Source of the DNA: Azolla caroliniana
Taxonomy: Eukaryota; Plantae; Polypodiophyta
NCBI GenBank assembly: GCA_043228905.1
Contig: JBHGNT010000011.1
Location: 12,090,001-12,154,000, forward strand
DNA length: 64,000 nt
Direction: 5' to 3'
Shown: positions 44,901 through 58,472 of the stretch, piece by piece
Layout: each line of letters opens with the position of its first letter
How positions within the stretch are numbered: position 1 is the stretch's first letter
Position numbers and translations under genes: made by a program
The notes under the pieces: generated by a model
Told to the model about the DNA's origin: nothing
The model's input: only the letters and a program-made list of their open reading frames with translations
The model's database searches: none

Positions 44901-47900
44901 CGTCCTTCTCTTCCACCGGGCACCCCTTGATGGGGATGTCGTCTACAAACGGCATGGTGATGTCCGGGATGCAATCCCTCAGTACTTTGTTCATTGCATT
45001 CACCATGTGGGACACCGAGTTGGTCCCTCCTTGTGGCAGGGTACACATTCGCACTAGGCCGAGGGGAGTTCGCATCGTCGTAATGTCTCTGCTCTCCACG
45101 GCTAGCTGGAACTGGTCGTACCCCGAGTACAGATCACCGACTGAGTAAATCGACCTTCCGGCGAAGGCCTCCGCGAACTCGTCTATTGTCGGTCCGATTC
45201 CTGCGTTCCGGATGGTCACTCTGTTGACCGGCTCCAGGTCCTGAATGAAGCGCAATGTTCCGTTTTTCTTTGGTATGGTAAACCATCGGTTCGAGTATGG
45301 CGCGCTCGACGGTTCGAGAATGCCCATATCGACTTTCTGCCTCAATAGCTCCATCAACTTCGGGATGTGAGCTCTCGGTACTAGAATCAGCTTGAGATTC
45401 CACGGTACATGCGGTACCGTGAATATCACCATCGGCTCCACGATCTCTTCCGGTGAGAATGCAAAGGCTTTCCCGTGCCTTCCGAGCATTCTCCGAAACC
45501 GGTCTTCCTCCGCCGGCAGTAGGAACCCGCCCCCACCGATTCTGAGCTCCCGGAGCGTTCCGTCGGTGAAGGTGTGTCCTATGCAGGCCGGATCTCGTAA
45601 ACTGGGGTCCGACGCCACCCCTCTGATTCGAGACTCGCTGCCCTCCGGCAAGGGTGCCGCGACTGGCCTTACCTTCCGGTCCACAGTCTTGTACCTCGTG
45701 CTAACTCGGGCCGTCCGATCCGACCCGAGCCCCCGACTGAAGTTTGCGATGACTTCGTACATCTCTTCGGAACATACCGGTATCGTCCGGTCTTCGTTAA
45801 GGTCTTCTCCGACTACCTTCCTCAGCATTCCCAAGGTGTCGTTGAAGGAGACCGCCTCCACGGCTCCGTTGATTTCCTCGTCCGGGCCGAGAACTCCGCA
45901 CGCTCGAAGTCGCACTTCTGCCCTTGTCTTTTCTCGGCCGACGATGCCGACTATCATACACCCTCCATTGTCGGAGAAGCAAAATCCCCTACCTATCGTA
46001 CAGTCGTGGGGACTTTCCCGAGTGTCCGGACTGTCTCGGCCCCACGCCTTGGCAGCCCTCTCTAAAAATCCTCCCGGTTCTCGCTACCGAGGGATTCGTG
46101 GTTTCGCTCGTGGTTCGGTCGCACCATCAGAAATTGGACCGAATGGCGCCCGTCCTGGCTTTTGACCCTCGCGTAGGCCGAACCGTTGTCCAGCACCTTG
46201 GTCTCCATTCGCGCCGCCGTGATGTATGGTTCCCCTAATATGACCGGGTGCGAGGATGCCTCTTGTACGAAGAAGTGCTGGTCAACCTCGACGTCGCCGA
46301 TCTTGACTCGCACGTTCAGGCAGGCCCCATGCAGTTCCTCGGTGGCGCGCGTCGCCGCCCGTATCTTCCACCCGTGCTTGGTGTTGATCGGCCACTTCCC
46401 CTTCTTATAGAAGTCCATGGACATCAAGTTTATTTCCGAACCGTGGTCCACCAACGCCACCACCGGTTCTTGAACATCTCCGATCTTTACCGGGGTCTCC
46501 GTGGTCGCTCGGGCCCAGTGTGGCCTCAAATAGTGGCTCTCCGCCCACTCATCTGCCAGCGCCGAGTCGTCGATGTGCGTCGTCCGCACCTCTACCGGTC
46601 TTTCCAGATCCGTCTCCGTTGACAGCCTCTTCCATTTCACCAAGTCTACAATGGAGTCGTGGAACTCCTTCTTGGCGATCCCTAGCACCTCCCGCAATGA
46701 CAGCTCCACCTTGCTGTCGAGGATCCGTTCCTCTAGGACCTTCCGTAGGTCCGTAGTCCTTTCTATTTCCGTCCCCAGTCGGTATCCGCCCTTCCTGGGG
46801 TTATCTCGCGAGCCGGACCCACCGGCATCGTTCCGTCGTTGCCCGGATCGGGTCTCGTACCGTTGTGAGGGCCCGGCCGCTCCGGCTTTCCCCACTCGTT
46901 TTTCTTCTACCAGAGCCTTGTAGTTCTGGCAGGCGGCCTCTACGAAGCCCGTCTTCTCCTCGACCGGATCGCTCCACCCGGTTATTTCCCGAACCCGTCT
47001 CTCAGCGCGGTCCGTTTCATCTTCCCTCAGCCGTGTGCCGGCGAGGCCTTCCAGCATTGCCGACCAAAAACCGTCTTTGCTCTCCTTTCGGGCCTCGCTG
47101 CCCCCGACCCGAATACCGGCCGACGCCGAGTAGTGGATGGCCTCCACGTGTCGGGCCGCTGCCTCTTCCATCAGTCTCTTCATACCTCCTCACCCGTCGT
47201 TTCGGTTCAAGGCCCTCCTGGTGTCGCCAGCATGCACCCGACCTTCCCACAGGTACACCACCCTGTTTCTCAACGCCTCTGCGAAATCGCCGCAGTCCTT
47301 CCGAATGTGGCCGACCTCGTCGCACCACATGCACCTGTTCCCCGCTGCCGGCCGTCGGTCCCGAGCCGGTTCGCCGCCTTGCCTTCGAGCCTGGGCGATC
47401 TGGAGATCCTTTATCGCCCGCGTCAACTCCTCCAGCGCTGCTCCTCCAGACGAGCCATTAACCATGCCGGTCGAAGCCGGACCGGTTTCGAGCCATTCCC
47501 GGGTTTCTTCCCTTCGCACTTGCGGTGCCGGTTCAAGTCTCCTTGCTGTGACAGAGCCCGCACCGGCCGCCCCGTTGTCAGCCCATTCTCGCCGTTTGTC
47601 GAAACGGCCACAGACTCTCTTAACCGCAGCCCAGTCGGTTGTCAGCCCGTCTTCGGTTTCCAGCAAGGAGCCGACTTGATCCATGTCTCTCTCGTCCACC
47701 GACTTGACGAACAGTAGGACCCGGCTCGTATCCAGAATGGTTCGGTCAAGCTCCGAAAGGCGCGCAAAGCATTCTTCGAACTCCCGGAGGAGTGCCGACG
47801 CGTTTCTTCCCTTGCCGGGGGACTCCACCCATTCCATGAAGTCTCGTTTCGAAAGCCGGAGCATGTCGTCCAGCTCGTATTTTTCCAGGAGTCGGCCTTC

Positions 47901-48623
47901 GAACTCCTCCCAGGTACGGCTCTCCGCCCGTACCTCGAGCACCTTCGCATGGATGCTCGGCATCGCCACTCGAGGGAACCCGGCAAGACGCCTCTCTTCC
48001 GGAATGTCCCGCATCAGCATTTCTGCCCCGTAGGACGCCAAATACTTCGTGGCATCCCTTCCGCTGAACCGGCCGATTGTACCGACGACCGCCTCTATGG
48101 CTCTGTCGAGGGCGCCGGTGCCCTCGCGTCTACTCAATATCCGATCCACGGCCGAAGCCATGGCCTCCGCAAGATCCGACCCTTTCATCTTCTGCTCTTC
48201 TGCCGCCTCCTTCACGTCGGGTTCACCAAAGATGTCGAGGTATTCCTCGCGGATGCGTGGAGTGAGGCGGAACCTCTGGGGTCCTGTACCAAAGAGCAAG
48301 AGAGGAAGGAGTAGAGACCCTCTACGTGCGTGCGTAGATCCACAGGGACACGGCCCTTCAACGCAAAGACACAAGTGGGACAGCGACACAGAAAGACACG
48401 AATGTATGTATGTATTAACAAGGACAAACAACAAGAACACGAAGATAACAAAACCTCGAAGTCGGTTACAACCGAACAGGCCGGCGAACAGATGTCGATG
48501 CCTGTTCGTAAACGTACAAAAAGACAGGAGCAGGTTGGAGGTGCTGCCGGAAGCACTCGGGCATTCCTCAGAGCAGCGCGAGCCTCCCGAAGCCTGCACA
48601 GAAGGAAGCTATGGAGTTTGCGA

Positions 48624-48658
<35 letters not shown>

Positions 48659-48871
48659 TTCGCGCACAAACCGACAGCACTTCGTCCTCCCCTCTCCCCC
48701 AATCCTTCGCCCCTCCTTTTATAGGCAAGGAAGGAGTCGTTTCCCCCTTACTCCCTACCTACCGAATCTACCTAGGATCTCCTATGTACAACTTAAGGCG
48801 CACGTGCATGAAGAGTCGGTTTCTACACTCTAGTGCACCGATTCCGCTCGTGGACGGTTTTCTTCACGACA
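41912..48871 (-). mobile_element. full-length Trp-primed gypsy element D, 4-bp TSD ACGT, inserted in integrase of B
   Basis: LTRs 41912-42542 and 48233-48871 (about 8 substitutions plus (AG)n length change); PBS 48211-48228; gag-PR 48188-46062; pol 46071-42616 with a few stops. Confidence 0.96.
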
Positions 48872-49335
48872 ACGTATCACCTGGCAGAACTCGACGGTAC
48901 GGGGATGGCGATACCGGTGGCCGGAAAGCGGATCAAAGCGTTCAAGAAGCGCCACGACGGCGAACCGGATCTAAGAGGCCTGGACAACGACAGCGAATAG
49001 TCCGAGACGGAGGATGAACCGATGGACGAGGAACCGGAACCCGGACCGGTTTTCTCCAACCAGAACCCAATTTTGGCGCATACCGGTGGATGCGCGGTTA
49101 GGTGGGGGCGGATGTCATGAAGAAAACCGTCCCCTAGAGCAATCGGTGCATAGCGCGCGTGAACCGGTTCTTCACGCGTGCGCGCCCCCTAATGTATATA
49201 ATAGGGAATTAGGTACATAGGTATATCTTGGGTAGTTAGATTCGGCAGGTAGGAAGTAAATGAGGGAGACGGCTCCCTTCTTGAAGCTATAAAGGAGAGG
49301 GAGACGCAGGGAGAAGGGATAGCGCATTAAGGAGG

Positions 49336-50634
49336 GCGGTGCTTGCCGGTTCAATAGATTATACTCACACCTATCCGTCGTATGGCCCTTGGATTGACAG
49401 ATTACACATTGCGTCCTCATAGTGCATTCTAGTGCCGAGTGTCCGGAATTCATGGAGATTGTGCACTGTATTGCTTGCCGAAACCGGAGGTCTTCATTGA
49501 ACGGTAACGCCCGTTGGAGTGCTCCCACTGTGAGCCAGGAGCTTGTCTTTTTCATCTCTCTGACCCGGTCAATGACCTGGTCGATGGTACTTGCGCAGAA
49601 GTCAATTACCGTGCAAACCGTGCGTAGGGGTTCCCGGAGCGCATTTAGGAATATAGTCCATAATTCCTCCTCCGGGGGTGCGCGGGCTACCTGACTATGC
49701 ATCCGTTGAAACCGGATGACAAACTGGGGAATGCTCTCCCCTGCCTCCTGTCGGATGGTAGAAAACAAGCCCACCACTACTTTCTGGTCCACCTCCTTTT
49801 GGAAAAAATTCAAGAATTTAGCTTTTAAATCTACGAAGGTGGTGATGGTAGACGGGTCCTGCGTCCGGCACCATCTTGCTGCTGGTCCCTCCAATGTGAT
49901 GCCAAATTCCGCTATCTTAGAGCGTTCCTCTTCCTCTGGGGTCAATCGTTGGGACACATGGTTTGCTTCCCATGTCTGTTCAAAGGCGTGAACATGAGCT
50001 TCCGTGTCCGGATCATCTCTATACTTGGAGTACTGGAACGGCATGTTGTCGTCCGGTATCAGTGCGCGGGCTGGTGGTGTTAGTGGTCGTTCCTGGTTTT
50101 CTCCGGCGTCGGTGGTCTTTCCTGATTTGTCTCCGGCGTCGGTGGTCTTTCCTCTTCTTTTGGTGACGGAGGCCTCTCCTCCTCGACTTCCGGTGTCGAA
50201 GGTCGCTCTTCTTCCTCTACTGGTTCCGGAGGTTCCAGCCTTAGCACTTCCGGTTCCGGTGTCGGTAAGGTGTCTGATCCTTCGTCCTCCGGTCCGCCCG
50301 GGGTTTCGTTGCTGCTACGGTAGTTCGTGTGCACGCTGTATTCCCCTTCGGAATCTGATTCATATGTTGAAAAGGCTTCTGCGTCGCCCTCTCCGCTTGC
50401 CAATGCCTGGAGAAGGGATTCGGTTTCCCGGAGGCTGCTTAGGCTACTGCCGTCTTCCGGGTGCGATGTTTGTTGTAACCAGAGGGACTCCTCCGCTACT
50501 CTCCGGATTACGTTGGAAAACGAGCAATCTGCTCTAATTTCCTGCGCCGCTTGCTGGAAAGCCTCACGTCTCCTTTGCCTTTCGGCAAGGCGTCGAGTTC
50601 GATCTGTAACCAGGTCGTGCGTTGATCTAGTCAT
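49336..50634 (-). pseudogene. gag: gag of element A (EERPPTPE repeats, capsid-like domain, two Zn knuckles)
   Basis: ORFs 50080-50721 and 49172-50044; IRQEAGESIPQFVIRF; CVICQSKGHTTDRC. Confidence 0.88.
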
Positions 50635-50669
50635 CCATTCGTGCCGTCGTTCGCTGCAAAAACAGGAAT

Positions 50670-50680
50670 CGTGGTCGCCA
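50670..50680 (-). promoter_or_regulatory. PBS of element A (TGGCGACCACG; tRNA-Arg-like, tentative)
   Basis: + strand cgtggtcgcca lies 7 nt from the LTR. Confidence 0.7.
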
Positions 50681-50687
50681 AAAACTG

Positions 50688-51121
50688 TGTTAACTCTTAG
50701 GGCCGGACAATGGCCTAACACAGAGTGTCTACGAAAGACACTTCACCAAAGGGGTGTTACGGCAAGAGGATTAGGCTCAACGATTAATCCGACTTAATTA
50801 GGTTACTTAGCAAGATCGTCCTTAATAATCACACGCATAAGATATAAGAATGAATGCAGAATGGCAATTAACACAGAGAGATAAAAACACTCAACTTCAT
50901 TAATTATCCACTGCTCATTACATTGTATCCGGGACTTTAAATAGGTTTCCGGTTTGTAGTACAAAACGGTGCCATCCGCACCTGTTCGGGATCGGTCCGG
51001 ATCCGGAACGGCATACCGATTCCGGTCCGTCCGTCCACACTAATAGCTTACTTACAACCATTCCTAATAATTAAATAACTCCTTCGTTTCACACTCTGGA
51101 CTCCTTTGCCGGCCGGTAACA
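50688..51121 (-). repeat. 5' LTR of element A
   Basis: Direct repeat of 14777-15210; followed by AATCA. Confidence 0.95.
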
Positions 51122-52742
51122 AATCACATACACACCTTCATTTTTTGTGGTAGAAAAGTTATTGGGTTGTTGATGTTGTATGAGCTTTACTCTATGGATA
51201 AACCACATTAGCTTTAGGTTCACTCTCCAAGCCCATAACTTCCCCAACATTTTCCAAATTTTGTATCTCAACATTACTTACGTCTCCTCAATCCCCAACA
51301 ACATCCCTTTTGCCGCCACCTTCACTTCCCAATGTAGCATCACCACTTTCCATTCTCCAAATTTACAATTGTCCATGGGATTGTGTAAAGAACGAATTGG
51401 TGTATCTGTCCAAGAACGAAATGTAATGTATATGCTATATTTTTAGATGTTGATCTCACATGGTGGTGTCTGTAAACTTTTATAAATTCATATTAGGATT
51501 TATTGCTTTATTAGGAGGTTGGAACCATGTGCACAACCTTATGCCTTTATGGCAACATGTGGGTCCTCCCAAAACGTTTCTTATATCACAACTTCAGTTT
51601 TCCTAACAAGTTGCATTATCGACTCTAAGAAATGTTACCGACCAAAACACATGAAGTTGTCAAACATCGTGATTATGGTCTTCATTTTCACATGATGAAA
51701 GCAACATTAACAAAGAGTCGAGCTTTGACTAGGTTGCTCCCAACTTTGAAAACTATTGTCTAATAAAAGTGACGTGTTTGTGTTTTATGGTAATCGTATC
51801 CACACTTTGTCATCCTCCTAGACAATGGTTGTTGTGGTTGACAATAGAGTTGTGACTACATAACATCGCCATGTATAACAAACTTTAATAGGAATATGAG
51901 TATTAATGTGTTGTTGAGCATTTTTCGATCATTAACACAAGTATCAATGGCAAGATATATTGAGGATGAATAAATTTCTAAGCGTTTGTCACATGAAATG
52001 AAAGGGAAATTTAGAATCTTTATGCTTGTTTGCATTCATATATAGCATCCAACTCTTACATCTTTATTTTGACATTTCTTTTCTTATCCTTTGGTATTCC
52101 CCTCATCATGTAGACCACATCTATTTAGTTCATCCTTCTCCATTTTAAATGTAAATTCTGCTTTAGGGTACGAAGCTTCAGAGATGCTCGTCGTTACATT
52201 CTCTGGAGTGTCCCTAGTAATTCCCGTTATATCATCTTTGAATTTAGTGAGGCTCACGATTGAAGCTTCATAGAAGGCATTCATTCCATCCTCCGGTCCG
52301 ATCCCGAGTTCCACTTTTGTACTTGTCAGTGCCTCTTCAAATGAGGCTTCGTTAACATAATTTTGCGTCTCATATACACTCTATTCTATTTCTTCGTCCC
52401 TTTCTTCTATCTGCTTATTTCCACAAAAAGGAAGTCATTGTATTTAAGTTCATCATCTGTCATCTCCTTATTTTGTATACCTTTTTCCTATGATACGCCT
52501 AAGTTAATTGTATTCAACTCACGTGCTTGTTGCACTTTGTCATGTATAGGCTTTAGCAATACGGCGTCTTGACGATCAAAAAACCACATCATAGAAACCT
52601 CTTAGACCCACATACACATCCTCAACACACTTTGGCCTTATAAATGAATTCAACCATTGCTATGCCAAAGGAAGTTTACTAGTGAAACACAAAATAACCT
52701 TGAATATGATATGCGGAAGAATATGTGAGGACCTACAAGGTG

Positions 52743-52858
52743 ATGTCAAACAAACAACATGTACAAGACAAAGAAGTAGAATGTGCACAATATAAAGGAA
52801 AGGAAGAAGCAAGATAACTAAGATGATGGTCTAATGGAAACTTGTTATTTTCTTCTGT

Positions 52859-52918
<60 letters not shown>

Positions 52919-53081
52919 ATGTTACGTTTAGGCTTATATATACAAAAGCCCTAATTTGAGGACGTATGTCAAGCAAACAACGTGTACAAGACAAAGAAGT
53001 AGAATGTGCACAATATAATGGAAAGGGAGAAGCAAGATAACTCAGATGAAGCTCTAATGGAAACTTGTTATTTTCTTCTGT

Positions 53082-53178
<97 letters not shown>

Positions 53179-53195
53179 TGTTACGTTTAGGCTAT
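52743..53195. repeat. internal ~220-bp tandem duplication with two (CT)n tracts in the copia 3' LTR
   Basis: atgtcaa...caagacaaagaagtag...(CT)n...tgttacgtttaggct occurs twice. Confidence 0.85.
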
Positions 53196-56100
53196 AGATA
53201 CAGATGTCCTAACTTCAGTATGTGTTCACACTTAGAGATACAATTTGGAAGGAATTGACCTTCAATGTCAACAAACTCCCCTATAAAAGGACCACTCTTC
53301 ATATGTATACAAGTATTTGGGGTTATGTCCCATGTGAACCTAGATGACAATTTTAATCTATAGTTACAGTTGTATACATACAAGGCAGACGGCATTCAAC
53401 CGAATCTACAGAGCTAAAGTCGGGATCTTGCCTAATTTGTCTATTTATCCTGATCATATGTCGTCCGGGTTGGCTTGTTTGAGTTGGTTGAATTGACTGG
53501 TTCGAATCATCTTTCGTCCGAATTGGCTCGTTTGTTCTGATTGGATCGTGTCCGATTCCAACTTCTAGCCTCTGGTCGATCTTCTACTTCCTACTTGCAC
53601 TAGCACTTGTGCTTTTCACTAGAGCCTCGATCTGTCTTTGGCTTTGCTCGCCTATCGATCGTCTTCTCTCCAGTCAAGAGCCTCGATTTGTCTTCGGCTT
53701 TGCTCACCTATTGATCATTTTCTCTCCAGTCAAGAGCCTCGCTTAATGTTGTGTCTTTAGCCCCTAGGCATCCCGACTCCTTTGACTTTGCCTTTTCGGC
53801 TTGTCCAGCCGGGCTGATTTTTGACTTACCTATTGCGATTGTTTGTTCGGCTCTCTTCTGCTCAATCGCTTGTCTTAGTCCCATCGTGATCCTCAGTGCT
53901 TCGAAGCGTTGTTCTTGGAGTGGCTTTGTCAGGCAATCGGCGATGTTCACCTTTGTATCTATCTTCTGGACTTCGAGCTTGTTCTCTGTTACGAGCTTCG
54001 GATATGATGAAAGCTCACCTCAATATGTTTCTTCTTCGTATGATAGACTAGGTTCCGAATGAGGTGTATTGCGCTCTGTGAGTCGCAATAGATGGTCGGT
54101 GCTAGATGGTCGGTGCATGACAAGAAGTAAGCTGAAAGTTAGTGTTGTCAATTTGCTTCCTTCATTGCTTCCGACGCGGCAATATACTCAACCTTTGTGG
54201 TCGACAAGGTTGTGCATTCTTGCAATTTTGACCTCCATGATATGACATTGCCGCCATAGGTGAATATGTAGCATGATGTTGACTTCCAATTATCCGGATT
54301 GTCGGTGTAGTTGGAGTCTGTATCGCCTTCGACTTCAGTCGGATTGACCGATCTAAAAGTTAGTTGTACATCTTCGGTTACTCGTAGATACTTGAAGATG
54401 TGCTTTTAATAGCCTCCCAATGCTTCCGTCCTGGGTTCGACATGTACCAGCTAAGGACCCCTACATCATATGCAAGCCCAGGTCGGGTCACAACCATTGC
54501 GTACATGATACTTCCTACGACCGATGCATAGGGTATCTTATCATTGAGCTTTCTCTCCTCGTTCGTCAATGGAGAGTCATTGTCTGTTAATCCTGTCGAT
54601 GTTGGGAACGGAGTTAGTGCCGGCTTAGCATTCTCCATGTTAAACCTTCTAAGCACCTTTCGGATATAGTCGAACTAGGAGAGCCAGAGAGATTTCTTCA
54701 TCCGATTTTCATGCCCAAGATATGTCGGGCTTGTCCAAGTTCGTTCTTCCGATTTTGGCTTGATTGCTTCCTACAATCAACATATTGTTGAAACTTGACA
54801 TATAGGATCAGGTAGATCCGAGACTCGTCAGTCAGTTGTTGGATTTACATGCATGGGTCTGAGTCTAACCGACTGTAGCTAAGCTGCTAGATGTAGGTCT
54901 TGAACTTATGATACCACATTCTCAGTGCTTGCTTTAGGCCATATAGTCTCTTTGTCAACTTGCAAACGAGGTGACCTTGCTCCCCCGTCGCCATGAAGCC
55001 TGCCAGTTGAGACATGTAAATGTCTTCGTCAAGATCTCCATGTAGGAAAGTCATCTTGACGTCAAGCTATTCCAGCTCTAGGTCTTCCGTCGCCATGACC
55101 CCGAGAAGGAGTCGAAGGGTGTTCATTTTGACTACCGGCAAGAAGAACTTGTCATAGTCGACCCCATGTTCTTGTTTGAAACCTTTGGCGACGATCCGAG
55201 ATTTGTACTTGGGTCATTCCGAACTAGATACATATTTGTATCGGTAGACCCATTTGCACGGTAGGTTGGTTCTTTTATCCCTGGGGATGAATGCGTAGGC
55301 TTCGCTTCCAAAAATTCCAAGCCGGTTGTAGGTCGGTGTTTTTCCAAACTATAGTGCCTGTGGCACTTAGAGCTAGATTGCTCTCGACGCTAACAGATTT
55401 ATAAGATAGGCTACCATCTACAATGCTTCAGCCTAGAATTCCAGCTGTAGTTCGAATTGTTGGAGCATTGTCGTCACTCTCTCCTGGATCCTCCGGTTCA
55501 TTCGTTCCGCCACGCCATTCTGCATGGGAGTATATGGAACGGTTTTCTGATACTTGATTCCTTTGTCGAACGGGTATTGTTTGAAGGCTCAGGAGGTGTA
55601 TTCACCCCCATTGTCGGACCGAAGTGCCTTCACCTGTGTTCTCATCAGTTCTCCACTTCGTCTAACCACCGAGAGAAGACCTTGAGCACTTTGTCTTTCG
55701 ACCTAATCGAGTAGGCCCAGACCTTCCTTGTACAGTCATCTACTAATGTGATGAAATACCGAGAACCGCCTAGTGATCTTTTGGGCATCAACCCACATAT
55801 ATCCGTATGGACCAATTCTAGGGGTTGTCATACCCTCTCGTAATGGAGAGAGTGTGGACTTTAGGTCTATTGCCCGTAATGAAAATGCTCATAGAAGTCC
55901 GTCTTCAACTAGAGCTTCAGCTAGTCCAGTCCAGCTTGGGACATATGGCCGAGTCGGCCATGCCATAAGTTCGATTCTAATGAGTCAGCTATGTTTGCGG
56001 CCCCTTCTAGACTGATTGCCATCAGTGGCTACAAGTTTTTGTACTTGTATCCACAACCAATTTCCATGTTCCCTCGGTTGATCGTCCATGAAAACTCACT

Positions 56101-57543
56101 TAGAGTCATCCAATACTCGACTTCAGCTAGCATGCCGATGGAGACCAGACTCCGTTTCACCTCAGGTACATGTCGTACTTGGTGTAGGATGATTGAGTTG
56201 TCATTCGACAATTGAATGGGGATCTCGTCAATCCCTGCTATTACGTATCCGTGCCCATTTTTGAGTTAGACTATGCCTCTGGTTCCGGCCAAATAGTTTG
56301 AAAACCATTTGATGTCGGGGGTCACATGAAAGGTGGCGCGAAGTCCAGCAACCACATATGTGCATCATGTGCACTATATAGGACTTCTCTGATTGTAGAG
56401 TCCTCTAGAGAAAGGATTTCTCCTAATCCGGAGTCGGCAAAATTTACTTGGTTGCCAGTAGTAGAACAGTTTGAATCAGAGTGTCCTTGTGTTTGATCGA
56501 ATCGCCGATTGTTCTCCTTTCTTTTTATTGACCATCAGTCGGAAACATTATGACCAATCTTTCTACAATGGGTGCAAAAAGTACTTGATCAACTATTCCT
56601 CGACTTCGACCGTTATCAATTATCCCTCCTTCTCGATGGGTTGGGACTTTGGCTGACTCGGTCGAGTGATGGGCTTCTATCGAATCATCGATGGTGAGAC
56701 CCATCTATTTTTGCTGAATGTTCTCAGTAAGGACTTGTCCAATCATTTCGTCTAGATTCAATTTTGGACAATTGTTGGCGAATGACGTGTAGAATACCTC
56801 CCAACTCATTGACAAGATCGAAAGGAGGGCAATGGCTTTAACTTCTTCTTCAAAGTTAATCCCTTGGGAGGAGAGCTCAGACAACACCCGACTGAAGGTG
56901 TTGATGTGGGAGGCCGTTGGATGTGTTTTTCTCATCTTCATATTGAACAACTATCGAATGAATATGCGCTTTGACAAGGAGGACTTCTTCTCATAAACAA
57001 CCTAAAGTTTCTCCCACAAAGAGAATGTTGTTGTCTCCTTTGCCATGCTGAAATAGACGTTTTCGACCAGGCGCATTCGAATGGTCGACCTAGCTATCTC
57101 GTCCAAGTAGCACCATTCATCTGCTATCATTGAGGCCAGCTTGTTGTTGTGACGTATCGCCTCGATTTGACGTCGAATGATCAGTACATCCTGCATCATC
57201 TCCTTCCATAGGGAAAACCTCTTTCCATCGAACTTTCAGATTTGTACATTTGTGCTGGATGTAGAAGCCATCTTCTAGAAGTGAGGTTTTGTTGGCCTAG
57301 TCTTTTCTTTCAGTTGGTTCTTACTTCTTTTCTGGATGTAGAGATACATTTTGGAAGTGAGGTTTTGTTCATTGCTGTTGGACAATAAGATCGCTCTGAT
57401 ACCAAATGTTGAATATGATATGCAGAAGAATATGTGAGGACCTGCAAGATTACAACCGAGAGAAGTAGAATGTGCACAATATAAAGGAAAGTAAGAAGCA
57501 AGAAACTCAAATGAAGCTCTAATGGAAACTTGTTATGCTCTTT

Positions 57544-57597
<54 letters not shown>

Positions 57598-57642
57598 GTT
57601 ACGTTTAGGCTTATATATACAAAAGCCCTAACTTCAAGACGT

Positions 57643-58472
57643 TGTCGTGAAGATTCCGGGCCATGGTGAGAAACCGGGGAATATCGGAAGAATCGGCGGA
57701 GTGCATCATGTGCACTTACCCTTGTAAAAACGTGTGAATAATAGGGGTGCCTTTATGGCACCGAGTAGGAGTCAAGTCGGGACAGAGAATACCATGTAAA
57801 TCGGGATTTATCCCACATTGTAATGCATCCCTCTCCTTGTTCTATAAAAGGAAGGGAGGGTCCCTTGTGGAGGGGTTGCCCGTTTTGTGTTAGGAGGGTA
57901 TATTGTTAGGTTCGAAGTAAGTTTTCTTTCTCTTTATTTTCTCTTACCTAGGGTTTCATCTAGTTTTGCTTCTTCGTCGTCGACTTGTGCGAGCGAGTCC
58001 TGGCATCTAGTGGTTCTGTTTCGGCCTTGTCTCCCGCGCAAGACCCCACTTGGCGCGACGAGCCCGAGAGCTCCCCGACCGGCGTCTTGGCAGTAGACAA
58101 CTGTTGTATCCTGAGCTTCCTAGGTTCGGCTCGAAGCCGGTATTGTATCTTGTTCTTGTAAATTTACATGTGGAAGGTTCTACGTTCGGTGTTTGTGTGG
58201 GTGTCTTTAGTGTTCTCTTTCTTTCATTTCTGTACATAAGGGCGTGAGTTAGGCCGGTGTTGCGTGCATGCGTGCTCTCTCTCTCTCTATCCATCTCGCC
58301 CTCTTTTCTGTTCAGTAGCCTCCTATACCCAAACCGATAACGTTCTAGTTTTGTGCTACTCTAGTGCGGCTGATCACAGATGGAGTCAGTCTCCCGGTAC
58401 CCTCTACTCCCTAGTCCAAGACCCCCGCGGTCCCGCCTTGGATCCTACTCGTAGTCATGGAATACCGCGACA
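57643..58472 (+). mobile_element. solo LTR of Trp-family type, 4-bp TSD ACGT
   Basis: TGTCGTGAAGA...CCGCGACA; ACGT at 57639-57642 and 58473-58476; TATA ctataaaagg; U5 motif caagacccccgcggtccc. Confidence 0.92.

Larger units (their letters stand above)
28611..49335 (+). mobile_element. Trp-primed gypsy element B (degenerate), inserted in gag of A; hosts C and D
   Basis: 5' LTR from 28611; PBS 29254-29271 (1 mismatch); gag-PR 29273-31122 plus 38289-38588; pol 38579-41911 plus 48872-49030; PPT and truncated 3' LTR 49113-49335; GCGG on both flanks. Confidence 0.92.
14777..51121 (-). mobile_element. full-length Tat/Athila-like (non-chromovirus) Ty3/gypsy element A with extra 3' ORF; host of four nested elements
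   Basis: 434-bp LTRs 14777-15210 and 50688-51121; TSD AATCA on both sides; PBS TGGCGACCACG; order gag-PR-RT-RH-IN. Lineage is inference. Confidence 0.95.
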
